From assembly GCA_019057475.1 (NCBI GenBank), contig DXJO01000006.1:32001-96000 (forward strand): a stretch of 64,000 nt of DNA. The letters are read 5' to 3'. The position numbers were made by a program, and so were the translations under genes. Positions 35,362-45,461 of this stretch are shown here, one piece after another (within the stretch, counting starts at the first letter, position 1; each line of letters opens with the position of its first letter). Source of the stretch: Candidatus Thorarchaeota archaeon. Its GTDB lineage: Archaea; Asgardarchaeota; Thorarchaeia; Thorarchaeales; Thorarchaeaceae. The notes beneath the pieces were generated by a model. It worked only from the letters and a program-made list of their open reading frames with translations, searched no databases and had not been told where the DNA came from.

Positions 35362-35982
35362 ATGAATCTGAATCCTCGTAAATGGCCGCTGACGACCCTT
35401 AGCGGAATCGTTGTTATCTTACTCTATTGTGTCTTCACACTCATTTCTTGGGCTTTCTACCCAGAGCCTTTCAGTCCGTGGGCTAATTACCTGAGCAGGC
35501 TGGGTAACTTCAACCATAGTCCCTTTGGTGCCTATTTTTACAACCTCGGCTGTGTGCTCACGGGAGCGGCTCTAATCCCCTTCTTTTTGGGTCTGAACAA
35601 ATGGCATTCCGAAGGGCGACTGAGCAAGATTCTCCTGATTGGTGGACAGATTGTTGGCATCCTTTCAGCCGTTGCGCTTATCATGATTGGCATTTTCTCT
35701 GAGGATCAGGGCAGTCCCCATATGACGGCCTCCTCAACTTTCTTCGTATTGAACTTCATTGTGTTAATTCTGATCAATGTTGCCCTCCTGTGGCATCCGA
35801 AGTTCCTGAAAGTGATTGCAGTCTACGGCTTTTCGGTTAACGCCCTAAGTTTGGGTTTTGAACTAGTAGTTGGAGGGCCTCTCGTTGAGTGGTTTACAGT
35901 CTTCGGGTCTCTAGGGTTTGTCGCACTACTGTCGTTCAATACGCTAAGTCTAGGCCTGAGTATTAATACGGTGGAAAAATGA
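35362..35982 (+). CDS. Multi-pass membrane protein (DUF998-like)
   Basis: FSPWANYLSRLG, GIFSED..HMTAS, about 6 hydrophobic segments. Confidence 0.6.
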   Translation: MNLNPRKWPLTTLSGIVVILLYCVFTLISWAFYPEPFSPWANYLSRLGNFNHSPFGAYFYNLGCVLTGAALIPFFLGLNKWHSEGRLSKILLIGGQIVGILSAVALIMIGIFSEDQGSPHMTASSTFFVLNFIVLILINVALLWHPKFLKVIAVYGFSVNALSLGFELVVGGPLVEWFTVFGSLGFVALLSFNTLSLGLSINTVEK

Positions 35983-36032
35983 AGAGGAAGGCAGGCCTTA
36001 CCTGCCATTCCTTAGATTTAAGATCTTGTTCG

Positions 36033-37142
36033 TCAGTCGTCCCAATCCAGGGCTCCAAAGTCTCGGGCCTTCTTCCACTGAGCACCACCGCTGATAGCAG
36101 CCATAATCACTAGAGAGAGTAGGAACACTGCGAAATTCTGATATGCGTCGAAACTGTCAGCAAAGAACCAGAACCAAGCTGTCAGTGCTAGGACCCAAAT
36201 AAACGCCAGCCCAATAGCCCACCAATTCTCAGGACCTTCACCTCTACGGCGGGCCCAAGGTAGCCATAGACCTAGAATTACTGCACAGAATATCGCAAAT
36301 GATAGGAGGACAACAGATACATTCTGGTTTGCGCTATAGATAGGATTCCCCGCAAAGTACACCAACCATATCACGATGAACACAAGCCACAGAATGAATC
36401 CTGCCATTGTTCCTTTTAGTCGGGGGAGCAGACCAGGTTCACGGTGAACCTCCCTACCGATTTCAGATCTCCAAGGAGCAATCACTACTACCAACATTAT
36501 CAAGAAGGAAGCAAGTATTATTGCAAAATTCTGATAGACATTGATTGAGTAAATGAGCGCGAAGTCATTCGCAAACGGAAGCCATAACACCAGGAATATC
36601 AGCCATCCAATACCACCTAGTGCACTAATCCGAGCTCCCCAACCTTCCCCTGCCGTTGGAATCCAAAGCAATACATTGAGAGCACCAATAATCAGGAGAG
36701 AGGCAATGCCAATTCCAATATTCTCATAGATTCCGTAATCACCTGCGAAAAAGATTATCCAAGCGATTCCACTAACAGCACTTGTTCGAGCTCTCCAACC
36801 TTCACCCTGAATTGGTATCCGTGAAACGGCATTCAATGCACCGACTATGAGAAGAGCAATTAGCACGACTGCTATGTTCTCAAAGATTCCATAGTTGCTT
36901 GCGTAGAAGAATAGCCATACAAACAGAAATGCCATCCAAGCAATCATACTAGCTAAAGAGCCGTATTCTTGAATCTTCGTTTCTTTGCGTCGACCTCTTC
37001 GTTTCCTAGTTGTAATCTCTATCTCTATTACAGACTCCACAGCCTCAACATCTTCAGGTGGTGGAGTTACATCTTCGTCATTTGGTTTCATTGTATCAAA
37101 CCCTAAATCCAACGCTATGGTTTCTTCTAGAGATATGCTCAT
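36033..37142 (-). CDS. Membrane protein built from five ~55-aa two-helix repeats
   Basis: Repeated W-x6-W-x-x-F/Y-A...(E/Q)N-x-A/S...S/A-L-L unit; charged N-terminus. Confidence 0.6.
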   Translation of the reverse strand: MSISLEETIALDLGFDTMKPNDEDVTPPPEDVEAVESVIEIEITTRKRRGRRKETKIQEYGSLASMIAWMAFLFVWLFFYASNYGIFENIAVVLIALLIVGALNAVSRIPIQGEGWRARTSAVSGIAWIIFFAGDYGIYENIGIGIASLLIIGALNVLLWIPTAGEGWGARISALGGIGWLIFLVLWLPFANDFALIYSINVYQNFAIILASFLIMLVVVIAPWRSEIGREVHREPGLLPRLKGTMAGFILWLVFIVIWLVYFAGNPIYSANQNVSVVLLSFAIFCAVILGLWLPWARRRGEGPENWWAIGLAFIWVLALTAWFWFFADSFDAYQNFAVFLLSLVIMAAISGGAQWKKARDFGALDWDD

Positions 37143-37336
37143 GAATCCGTTTGCGTCGGGTCTTTCTATTCAAAGCCGACCTTTTTTTGTATATAAAGCA
37201 GGGCCACAATTTAGGGTCACATCTTGTGACTAGTAGTTCTATCCATTAAAATAGGTAACAATTGTTAAAAATCTATATGTAGCGATAGTTCGGGCGTATG
37301 GATGATGCATGACTAACTGAAAATAGCACGCTCATT

Positions 37337-38170
37337 CTAGTTGAAAGTCTTCTCTAACCAAGTGACTAACGGAACCCAGCTCCCTTCTGAGAACTCTGTA
37401 TGCTTTCCACCCGGAAAAACATGAAACTTCTTCGAGTCAGAGGGAATCTCCTCAAAGAGCTCACGACACGAATCAACAGAGAATAACTCATCAGAGTCAC
37501 CGATTCCAACGAAGAATGGAATGTGCAATTCCTTTGGGATTTCCATGTCCCTATGATTCATTATTCTCATGAAGCGCAATGTGTATCTGAAATTGAACAA
37601 TGGATCGTCCAATCCGACCATTCCATCTCGCCCGTATTTGATCACTGGCTTGTTTGGCAAGAAAAGAGACCAAAGAGCTATCTTGGTCTTCTGCAGGATT
37701 GACATTTGCGGATACGCTTCTGGTCTAATGGTTCGAGCACCGCTCAACAGGATGACTCCGTCAATGTTCGCGAGGCAATTGTTCATTGCATGTACAGATG
37801 AAAGAACTCCAAGGCTATGTCCGAGCAACACTACAGTGTCATGAAGTTGCTTTGTGAAAGATATTGTTTCGCAAATATCCTTGACAAACCTGTCCTTGCT
37901 CGCGTAATCTCCTCGAACCCCATCAGACAGCCCATGCCCTCGAAGGTCGAGTCCGTAGACTGTGAAACCCGATTTCGCTAGTGGCTCACCAATCATCGAA
38001 TAGGGCCCGCTATGAGCAGTTATTCCATGAAGTATCAGGACCGCTTGCTTACGTTGAGTTCCGCCTTGAGGTTCCCATTTCCTAAGGAAAAGCGTTTGAC
38101 CATCGGAGGTTGTGATTAGATGGTGGGGTCCTTCAAACTGTTGGCGCAGTTTCGAAACATCCAGGCTCAT
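37337..38170 (-). CDS. Alpha/beta hydrolase (lysophospholipase-like)
   Basis: LILHGITAHS, DLRGHGLS, GHSLG, GDSDEL, GGKH; likely start MSLDV. Confidence 0.85.
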   Translation of the reverse strand: MSLDVSKLRQQFEGPHHLITTSDGQTLFLRKWEPQGGTQRKQAVLILHGITAHSGPYSMIGEPLAKSGFTVYGLDLRGHGLSDGVRGDYASKDRFVKDICETISFTKQLHDTVVLLGHSLGVLSSVHAMNNCLANIDGVILLSGARTIRPEAYPQMSILQKTKIALWSLFLPNKPVIKYGRDGMVGLDDPLFNFRYTLRFMRIMNHRDMEIPKELHIPFFVGIGDSDELFSVDSCRELFEEIPSDSKKFHVFPGGKHTEFSEGSWVPLVTWLEKTFN

Positions 38171-38456
38171 GATTTTCACATCATCTGAATTGCAATGCTT
38201 CTCAGGCTTAAACCTTCTTTGAGCACTTTTCTGGCTTGCTAGCTTGAGCAGAATGCGCAAACTGTGAATGATATCGTCGAAAAAGTAACAATGCGTAAGG
38301 TAATAAGGAAACATTTTTGGTAATCAATTGCAGGTACACCAAGCAAGAGACGCTTCGCACACGTGGTTCATTGAGGGTTCATTCCTTTTCGCACCATATC
38401 TGAAGAATTCCCTAGTTTTGACTAACCTGTAATTCGCAAAAGCGAGAGTACATACA

Positions 38457-38987
38457 ATGAGTTACGACAGAGAGCCTATTGAGGCTACAGTGGCTGAATT
38501 GAAGCCACGTATGAAGAATGTCACCATTTCATTCAAAGTGATTGAGATCGGTGAAGAGCGTGAGGTTTCATCACGCCGTGATGGAACGACACACCGTGTT
38601 GTTGATGTGGTAGTTGGCGATTCAAGTGGAACTGTTCAAGTGCCACTCTGGGACGACACAATTGACGCAGTTGAAGCAGGGAAGACCTACAACCTGACTA
38701 ACGGTTACACAGGTCTCTTCAGAGGCAACTTGAGACTGAACGTTGGCCGCTACGGCGAGCTAGCAGATGCAGAAGAAGCCATTGAAGAAATCAACACGGA
38801 ACTTGACATGTCAGCCGAGGAGCACGAAGATACTCGACGTCGCAGAGACTATGGCGGTGGCGGTCGTGGCGGCGGCGGATATGGCGGTGGCGGCGGTGGA
38901 TACGGCGGTCGCAGTGGCGGCGGCGGATACGGCGGTCGCGGTGGCGGCGGCGGTGGATACGGCGGCCGGGACAGACGACGCAGGTAA
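38457..38987 (+). CDS. ssb: Single-OB-fold single-stranded DNA-binding protein with Gly/Arg/Tyr tail
   Basis: VAELKP, VVGDSSGTV..LWD, GYTGLFRGNLRLNVGRYG; C-terminal GGGGYGGR repeats. Confidence 0.85.
   Translation: MSYDREPIEATVAELKPRMKNVTISFKVIEIGEEREVSSRRDGTTHRVVDVVVGDSSGTVQVPLWDDTIDAVEAGKTYNLTNGYTGLFRGNLRLNVGRYGELADAEEAIEEINTELDMSAEEHEDTRRRRDYGGGGRGGGGYGGGGGGYGGRSGGGGYGGRGGGGGGYGGRDRRRR
38849..38968 (+). repeat. Low-complexity coding repeat (YGG/RGG)
   Basis: Tandem ggcggtggcggcggatacggcggtcgc-like units. Confidence 0.8.
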
Positions 38988-39059
38988 TAGTAATCCCGAA
39001 TGGCATTAACCATTTGAGATGACTAACATCAGTTTCGAAGGCGGGTACGACGCCCTTTA

Positions 39060-39096
39060 GGGGGCAATCGTTGCTCTCCTTCTATCCTTTTTTTTT
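39060..39096 (+). terminator. Hairpin plus T-tract after ssb
   Basis: GGGGCAA-TCG-TTGCTCT then CCTTCTATCC and a long T run. Confidence 0.6.
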
Positions 39097-39109
39097 CATC
39101 AATCCATTC

Positions 39110-39979
39110 TTAGAAGCATTTTCGGTCGGGTTCTCTCCCGACATGCTTTTTGTTGAAGCGAATTATTCTCCTAGCTTCTTCAATGTCCGCGTGCATTGCA
39201 CCGGTTGAGCACGCTATGACACAGTTAAAACAGTGAAGGCAATCATTGCGCTTTTTGGACAAGTCTTGTACTGATATCACATGAACGGGGCAGGCGTTTT
39301 CACAAGCACCGCACTCGGTGCAGAGGTCCTTATCGAATCTAATTTTTGTGATTCTGAAGCGTCCAAACGCACGAACGAAAGGATATAGAACTCTCACCTT
39401 CATTGACATGTAGTTCAGCTTCTTTTTTAACACGGTCCACTCGATTGGTTTCTCAAGCCGCTGACGCATTATACTTACGAACTCTGAAATGAGCGTTCTA
39501 TCCTCGCTCCTAGGAAACTCAACATCTTCATCGTAGAAGTGAGGTGTCAAAAGCTTGAGTGCGCCCAGGATTTCAAAGCCTCGGCTGTGAAGCATCTTAC
39601 ACATGTTGAGCAAAGTCTTTCCACTATTCACACCCCCAAATGTCGTAAAACAGAAGGCTTTCCTTGGCTCATTTGCTGTGGCGCCTACGTTTAGCAATCC
39701 CTTAAGAAGGTGCTTGATTGGGTCTAGCATCGTCAATTGGTATACGGGTGTTCTGATGCCCAGAATTGGGATCTCTGCTAGTAGATTCCTTATCTCTAAC
39801 CGACCGTCATCGCTCCCGTAATCTGAAAGATTGAACAATTCAACTTCTCGCAAGAAGGCGAGCTCCTCAGCAAGGAGAGCGGCAACATCCTTCGTACTTC
39901 CGTTCGGTGAAAGATACACGATGCCCACTCGAGGAGGGGTCTTGCCCCATTCGGCATTTATGAGGAAGCCTGCTTCCAT
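39110..39979 (-). CDS. Flavodoxin-like plus 2x[4Fe-4S] ferredoxin fusion (EFR1-like)
   Basis: YLSPNGST, TPVY, FTTFGG, CTECGACENACP, CLHCFNCVIAC. Confidence 0.8.
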   Translation of the reverse strand: MEAGFLINAEWGKTPPRVGIVYLSPNGSTKDVAALLAEELAFLREVELFNLSDYGSDDGRLEIRNLLAEIPILGIRTPVYQLTMLDPIKHLLKGLLNVGATANEPRKAFCFTTFGGVNSGKTLLNMCKMLHSRGFEILGALKLLTPHFYDEDVEFPRSEDRTLISEFVSIMRQRLEKPIEWTVLKKKLNYMSMKVRVLYPFVRAFGRFRITKIRFDKDLCTECGACENACPVHVISVQDLSKKRNDCLHCFNCVIACSTGAMHADIEEARRIIRFNKKHVGREPDRKCF

Positions 39980-40135
39980 GGAAGTACCTCTGTCTTCCAG
40001 ATTGTCGCAAGAGATAGTATTTTCACGATAAATATACCAAGTGAGGTTTAAAATCTCGCCACAGCAATTAAAATTGGTGAATGCGCACTTCGGCTTCGTA
40101 TCTATTCCTGATTGAATCTGCTGGACTTGCGCGGA

Positions 40136-41047
40136 TTATGCGCCTTTCCAGTACACTTGCAGCAGATCATCCTTGAACTCTGAACCATACTTGATGATGT
40201 CCATCGGATTAGCCACAATGAACGAGAATCGATAAACAACACATGCATTTGGAGCGGCCCACACTATATAGCTAGGACTTGTCAGGAACCTGGTTGTCCA
40301 ATTCTTACAGACATTTTCAAATGTAATTCGAAGATTCTGATGATCGAAATTCATATGGAAAGTCAGTTCGAAGGTGTAGCGATATGCTTCATCGTAGCCA
40401 GTCATGTCTTTGAGTCTATAGAGCGCTCTTCTCATTGAGCGCCTTACCGAGGAGTCCTCACCTGACTCCAGATCCTCATTCCTATCGATGAAATCTGACA
40501 TCTCGATGCGATAATTAGTGACCTCACTTGTTACAACCTTGCTATTGGGCACTAACTGAGTCGTTTCATCAGGCAACAGAACTTCCGTGTAATTGAGTGT
40601 AATCTCACGGACGATACCTTCGACACTTCCAATTTTCACGTAGTCTCCAACACGAAACGGTCTAGCGGCAAAGACATACAACCCACTGACGATATTTCCT
40701 AACGCCTGTGAGAATGCGAGACCTATCGCGGTTCCGAATAGTGTAGTTACTGATAGAATTGCAGCGAAACTGGATGAAAAGAAGCCTATAATGACCACGA
40801 CCATGGCTGCAAAGAGAACTAGTCTTGAAATCAGTACTATGCCGCTTGATGCCTCAGGTCCTACCCCCATAGCTGTCAAGGACCTGCGGAGAATCCGTGT
40901 TAAAATGAAGTATAGTAGAAATAGAATGACAAGTTGCAGTATCTGGAGCCAAAAATACTGGATGAATGCGACGGGATCAACAAACAGGTCCGGGATTGTT
41001 GTAGTTTCTTGCATGGCTGACTCCTCAGATGCCACGTTCCTGTTCAC
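40136..41047 (-). CDS. mscS: Small-conductance mechanosensitive channel family protein
   Basis: AIGLAFSQALGNIVSG, PFRVGDYVKI, GIVREITL, VPNS. Confidence 0.85.
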   Translation of the reverse strand: MNRNVASEESAMQETTTIPDLFVDPVAFIQYFWLQILQLVILFLLYFILTRILRRSLTAMGVGPEASSGIVLISRLVLFAAMVVVIIGFFSSSFAAILSVTTLFGTAIGLAFSQALGNIVSGLYVFAARPFRVGDYVKIGSVEGIVREITLNYTEVLLPDETTQLVPNSKVVTSEVTNYRIEMSDFIDRNEDLESGEDSSVRRSMRRALYRLKDMTGYDEAYRYTFELTFHMNFDHQNLRITFENVCKNWTTRFLTSPSYIVWAAPNACVVYRFSFIVANPMDIIKYGSEFKDDLLQVYWKGA

Positions 41048-41272
41048 AGCTATTTGAATTGTGCTGAAGGGCAGCTCCAGTCTAAAGTTTCCTCTAATGG
41101 TTCAACGCTAGTCCATAATCAAGAATGTTTGCTCAGTCGGTACGCTTGCGAGAGATTTTACTCCTCCGTACTATACTACTAACACAGAAATACCAATTTG
41201 GCGCCTTTCAAAATAGCTAATCCAGAGGATTCGATAAACAATACAGAGTAGACCTAACGAGGTTTGACGGCC

Positions 41273-41797
41273 ATGGACGATAGAAGCTTCACTCGCATTT
41301 ACAAAATTGTAGTTGTTGGAAGCGGTGCCGTTGGAAAGACCTCTCTCATCTTGCGATTCACTACGGGCGCTTTCCGTGAAACTTACCTACAGACTCTGGG
41401 CGCAGGGTTCGCGTTCAAGAATTTAGATGTGGATAATCGACTGGTAAAGCTGCAAATTTGGGACCTCGCAGGTCAACCCGAGATGAAGAAGGTTCGTAGC
41501 AACTTCTACACTGGGGCCAGCGGAGTCATCTTCATTTACGATGTGACGCGCCGTGAAACATTTGATGAGATGCTGGGCTGGAAGACAGAGGCTGACACCC
41601 ATGCCCAAGGAAGCATTTCTCTCCTTGTGGCGAATAAGACCGATATGGTGCAAGACAGAGCCGTTACAGAGGCTGAAGGAAGAGAGCTCGCTGGGGAATT
41701 CGGCTGGAACTACATTGAAACCTCGGTCAAGTTGAATGAGAACGTTGGTGATGTTTTCAAAATCGTAACTCGCGAAATAATGAGAGCGATTGATTGA
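41273..41797 (+). CDS. Rab-like small GTPase
   Basis: GSGAVGKTS, TLGAGF, VKLQIWDLAGQ, FYTGASG, YDVT, NKTD, ETSVK; no C-terminal Cys. Confidence 0.9.
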   Translation: MDDRSFTRIYKIVVVGSGAVGKTSLILRFTTGAFRETYLQTLGAGFAFKNLDVDNRLVKLQIWDLAGQPEMKKVRSNFYTGASGVIFIYDVTRRETFDEMLGWKTEADTHAQGSISLLVANKTDMVQDRAVTEAEGRELAGEFGWNYIETSVKLNENVGDVFKIVTREIMRAID

Positions 41798-41878
41798 GCT
41801 CTAACTATTACTCGGAAGAAAGATAACGTTTCATTCACAGAGCACTCCAAGCAGACTGGGGATTTACCGGTGGACTAA

Positions 41879-43312
41879 ATGCCTACGGAAAAAAATAGAG
41901 ATCAATTTCATCTCATCGTTGACAAGTTGCCAGTGGGTATACTGATCGTTGGCAAAAAAGGAATCATCTATGCGAATAAGAAGTTCCACAAGATATCAGC
42001 GGTGTCAGGAGACCTTCTCGGTAGAACAATCGGTGATGCTCTTCTTGCCGCCCTTCCTGGTGAGGTTGAAGCTCTTGAGAAGAAGGTGAATGCTCACCTT
42101 TCAAAGAAATCCAAGCGAACGCAATCAGTTGTTCTTCAGTGGAATGACCGTAAGAGCCGTCCCCGTTTCTTCGATGTGTTTCTGCAGACGATGGATTTCA
42201 AAGGGCAGACCGCCGTTCAGCTCGCATTCACTGATACAACCTTGCTCAGGAGCTCAGAGGTCAAATTGAGAGAACAGTACGAAACGCTTCAGCGCTATCT
42301 GGATATAGCCGGAGCCGCAATAGTTGTCCTAGACGCGTTTGGAAAAGTCACTTTCACCAATCGCAAGGCGACCGAGCTGCTCGGGTACTCGGGATCAGAG
42401 TTTGTGGGCCTGGACTGGTTCGAAACGATTATTCCTCCGCGAATTAGGCTTGAGATGAGGAGTGTCTTCCAGACTATTATTGCAGGTGAGGTTGAAACAA
42501 TCGAATATTACAACAATCCGGTGCTCACGAAACGTGGTGTGGAGAGGATAGTATCGTGGCGAGACACTGCTCTATCTGACAAAGATGGAAACATCATTGG
42601 CGTGCTCAGCTCCGGAATTGATATCACGGAGAGTCAAAGGGCTGCGTCAGAGCTTAAGGCTGCAGTTGAAACATCGATGTTGTATCTAGACCTGATGGGG
42701 CATGACATACGCAACCAACTGCAGGCCATCACCATGAGTGCAGATTTGCTCAAGGACATGGCGCAAGGGCCTGAAGGAGGACGGCTTCTTGAGTATGTTA
42801 TTAGCGCGGCAGATGTTTGTGATGCGCTGATTGACAAAGTCCATGCTACAGAACATCTTCTCTCTGTGCCCCTTGGTGATGTTTCCTTGAAGGAAACTTT
42901 AGAGCAGACATTGGATTTATTCCGTAGAAAGCACCGCAAAGTCAAGGTGATGGTCGACTACGGCGGACTTGACCCAGTTGTTCGTGCGGATCCATATCTT
43001 GAAAATCTATTGAGGGAACTTTTAGAGAATGCAGTCAAACATAATCCCAAAGAAAAGAAACAGGTATGGATCTGCATTGGACAAAGGGACGATGGCTTTA
43101 GAATCGCGATTTCGGATGATGGCCCCGGGATGTCCGAGAAGATGAAACTCTCTCTCTTCGATCTAGAGAAGCGACTTGGAGGTGTTGGAGCACAACAAGT
43201 CAAGCATATTGTCGACAAGTATCGTGGTCATATTGTCGTTGTGGACCGCGTAGAAGATGAACCTAAGCAGGGCGTGGAAATTCGAGTCTGGCTGCCAGGC
43301 TCTAAGCATTAG
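41879..43312 (+). CDS. Cytoplasmic PAS-domain histidine kinase
   Basis: Two PAS domains, GHDIRNQL H-box, ENAVKHN, DDGPGM. Confidence 0.85.
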   Translation: MPTEKNRDQFHLIVDKLPVGILIVGKKGIIYANKKFHKISAVSGDLLGRTIGDALLAALPGEVEALEKKVNAHLSKKSKRTQSVVLQWNDRKSRPRFFDVFLQTMDFKGQTAVQLAFTDTTLLRSSEVKLREQYETLQRYLDIAGAAIVVLDAFGKVTFTNRKATELLGYSGSEFVGLDWFETIIPPRIRLEMRSVFQTIIAGEVETIEYYNNPVLTKRGVERIVSWRDTALSDKDGNIIGVLSSGIDITESQRAASELKAAVETSMLYLDLMGHDIRNQLQAITMSADLLKDMAQGPEGGRLLEYVISAADVCDALIDKVHATEHLLSVPLGDVSLKETLEQTLDLFRRKHRKVKVMVDYGGLDPVVRADPYLENLLRELLENAVKHNPKEKKQVWICIGQRDDGFRIAISDDGPGMSEKMKLSLFDLEKRLGGVGAQQVKHIVDKYRGHIVVVDRVEDEPKQGVEIRVWLPGSKH

Positions 43313-43327
43313 ATGAGTTCTCAGCAC

Positions 43328-44767
43328 CTACTCTGTGCTGAATACCAGCGTCTTTACCACAACGGGAACAACAACCCCCTCGATTATGGGCTCTCCTATA
43401 TCCACGAAATCACCTTCGTCAAGGGAAATTTCATCGATGCAAAGTATCTCGTTCGCGATGCCGGTCTCCCTCTTCATGACATTTCCCACACTATTACCAA
43501 TGTCAGTGTCAAAACACATGAGAATTGATTTCCCAGTTCTTACAGTGGTGGGCAATGCTGCAACAACTCCTTCTGAAAATGACGCAAGATTCTCATATGA
43601 GGGTCTAACTGCGTCCTTGAACGCTAGAATCAACGGGTTTAGGCCTTCCTGAATATCGAATCTCTCAAGTGCTTTCATAATGGCTCTTTTGATTTCCTCG
43701 GAAGTTTGCTTTCCTTTTGGGATGTGAGGAACGACCACAGGCAGATTGCGCAGAGGGTACTCGAGTCCCGCAGAAAGGAAAGTTGTTGAGCCACTTACTT
43801 GCAGGCTGCTTTGTCCAGCACCTATAACGGTGGCCCTAATCTTATGCTCCGGTTCGTGCAAAGGCATACCGCGCTCTGTTACCTTCGCTCGGATTTCATC
43901 AGCAAGTGTGCGACCGAGATCATTAAACTCCCGAGTTTCAGTTTCGTAGATGTACTCAGCGACGCCTCCTGAGAAAGTCAGCTCGTCGATCTTCTGTGCT
44001 GCATCTAAGGGCGGAGTCATCATGAGCATTCTGGTAATGTTCGACTTGGGGGGCCCTTGCAAGGCTTCTACAAGAGACTCTGCGAGAGATGAAGCAAGTC
44101 TTCCCTGAGTATCAGCATCAATTCTTTGGCCAATGCTGAGATTAATTCCAAGTTGTTCAGCAACCTTGCGACCGGTTTCCTCAAGCCGGACAAGTGTCCC
44201 GCTGTCATCAGTTGCCAGCAACCTGCTTCCTACATTTATCGCAGCGGTCTGAACAATTCGTCCTTCTTGGCATATTGAGATGTTCGAAGAACCGCCACCG
44301 ACATCAACATTCATGATTGTAAGACCACTGTTCTCAGACCTTAGTACGGCGCCTGCTCCATACGCAGCTAGTACTGCCTCGAAGTTTGGTCCTGCAGTTG
44401 CTGCCACAAACTTGCCGGTTTCTCCCGCCAAGGCTTTTACAATCTGTTCTGCGTTTTGCTTTTTGGCTGATTCGCCCGTTATGATGACTGCACCAGTGTC
44501 TATCTCTGATACCTTGATTCCCGCCGCAGCATAATCTCTAAGGAACAAATCTCTGAGGGCTACAAGGTCTATTGTATCGGCATCGCTGAATGGTGTTAGG
44601 TGAATTGGTCCTGAGTGAAGGATCTTTCGCTCCTTGATTCTGAACTTCTCAGACTTGCTTTGCGCGTCCTTCTCAAGGAGTATACTGCTAAAAATGATGT
44701 GCGATGTTGAGGAGCCAATGTCAACCCCCACGCTTGTGAGTAGCTTCTGTGTGGTTTTGACAAACAC
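43328..44767 (-). CDS. eutA: EutA-like reactivating factor (ASKHA ATPase)
   Basis: SVGVDIGSSTS, TGAVIITGE, FVAATAGP, NVDVGGGSSN, FSGGVAE, IRATVIGAG, VVPVVVKTL. Confidence 0.8.
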   Translation of the reverse strand: MFVKTTQKLLTSVGVDIGSSTSHIIFSSILLEKDAQSKSEKFRIKERKILHSGPIHLTPFSDADTIDLVALRDLFLRDYAAAGIKVSEIDTGAVIITGESAKKQNAEQIVKALAGETGKFVAATAGPNFEAVLAAYGAGAVLRSENSGLTIMNVDVGGGSSNISICQEGRIVQTAAINVGSRLLATDDSGTLVRLEETGRKVAEQLGINLSIGQRIDADTQGRLASSLAESLVEALQGPPKSNITRMLMMTPPLDAAQKIDELTFSGGVAEYIYETETREFNDLGRTLADEIRAKVTERGMPLHEPEHKIRATVIGAGQSSLQVSGSTTFLSAGLEYPLRNLPVVVPHIPKGKQTSEEIKRAIMKALERFDIQEGLNPLILAFKDAVRPSYENLASFSEGVVAALPTTVRTGKSILMCFDTDIGNSVGNVMKRETGIANEILCIDEISLDEGDFVDIGEPIIEGVVVPVVVKTLVFSTE

Positions 44768-44879
44768 TCTAGAATCGGTGCCTCCTTAGAACTGGCACGA
44801 AGTTCATCAGCCTTTTAGGTTTGCGATTGGAGCTACATTGACTTGCTTCATATCGATGTCTTCATAATGCAATCGTCCA

Positions 44880-45404
44880 ATGGAAACGCGATCAATCATG
44901 GACGTTCTGGAAGCGATTCAGAATCGAAGGAGCATTCGTTCCTACCTCGCTAAAGAGGTTGAAGAGGAGAAAGTCAATATCATTCTGGAGGCCGGTCGAT
45001 GGGCGCCTTCAGCATCCAATAAGCAAGCCTGGCATTTTATTGTTGTACGTGACCTTGAAATTCGCAAGAAGCTTGCAAAGGCGCATCCTTACGGCAGATG
45101 GATGGACCAGTCGCCGGTTGTGATTGTTGTATTGGGTGACCCAGAGAAACATCCCAAGTACCACCTGTGTGACCCTCACAACGCAGTTCAAAACATGCTA
45201 CTTGCCGCCTTCTCGCTTGGCTTGGGCACCTGTTGGATGGGCGTAAGAGATGCTTCCATAGAACCCGAATTCCGCGAGATCCTGGATATCCCTGAGAACT
45301 TGAGGGTTGTTTGCGCAGTTTCCGTTGGGTACAGTGACGTGGATAGAAGCAGCTCGAGACAACCGATTGAGAACATTGTATCGCGGGATAAGTTTGGCAA
45401 ATAG
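44880..45404 (+). CDS. Nitroreductase family protein
   Basis: RRSIRSY, WAPSASNKQAWHF, QNMLLAA..LGLGTCW. Confidence 0.9.
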   Translation: METRSIMDVLEAIQNRRSIRSYLAKEVEEEKVNIILEAGRWAPSASNKQAWHFIVVRDLEIRKKLAKAHPYGRWMDQSPVVIVVLGDPEKHPKYHLCDPHNAVQNMLLAAFSLGLGTCWMGVRDASIEPEFREILDIPENLRVVCAVSVGYSDVDRSSSRQPIENIVSRDKFGK

Positions 45405-45461
45405 CCAGCTTGCCTGACTTGCTAATAACTCAACCAACGAAACCTTAGGCTGGGTGAAATT

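Noticed and set aside
38767-39009. Ala/Val-rich and Arg/His-rich alternative-frame ORFs
   Set aside because: Shadows of the Gly-rich ssb repeat
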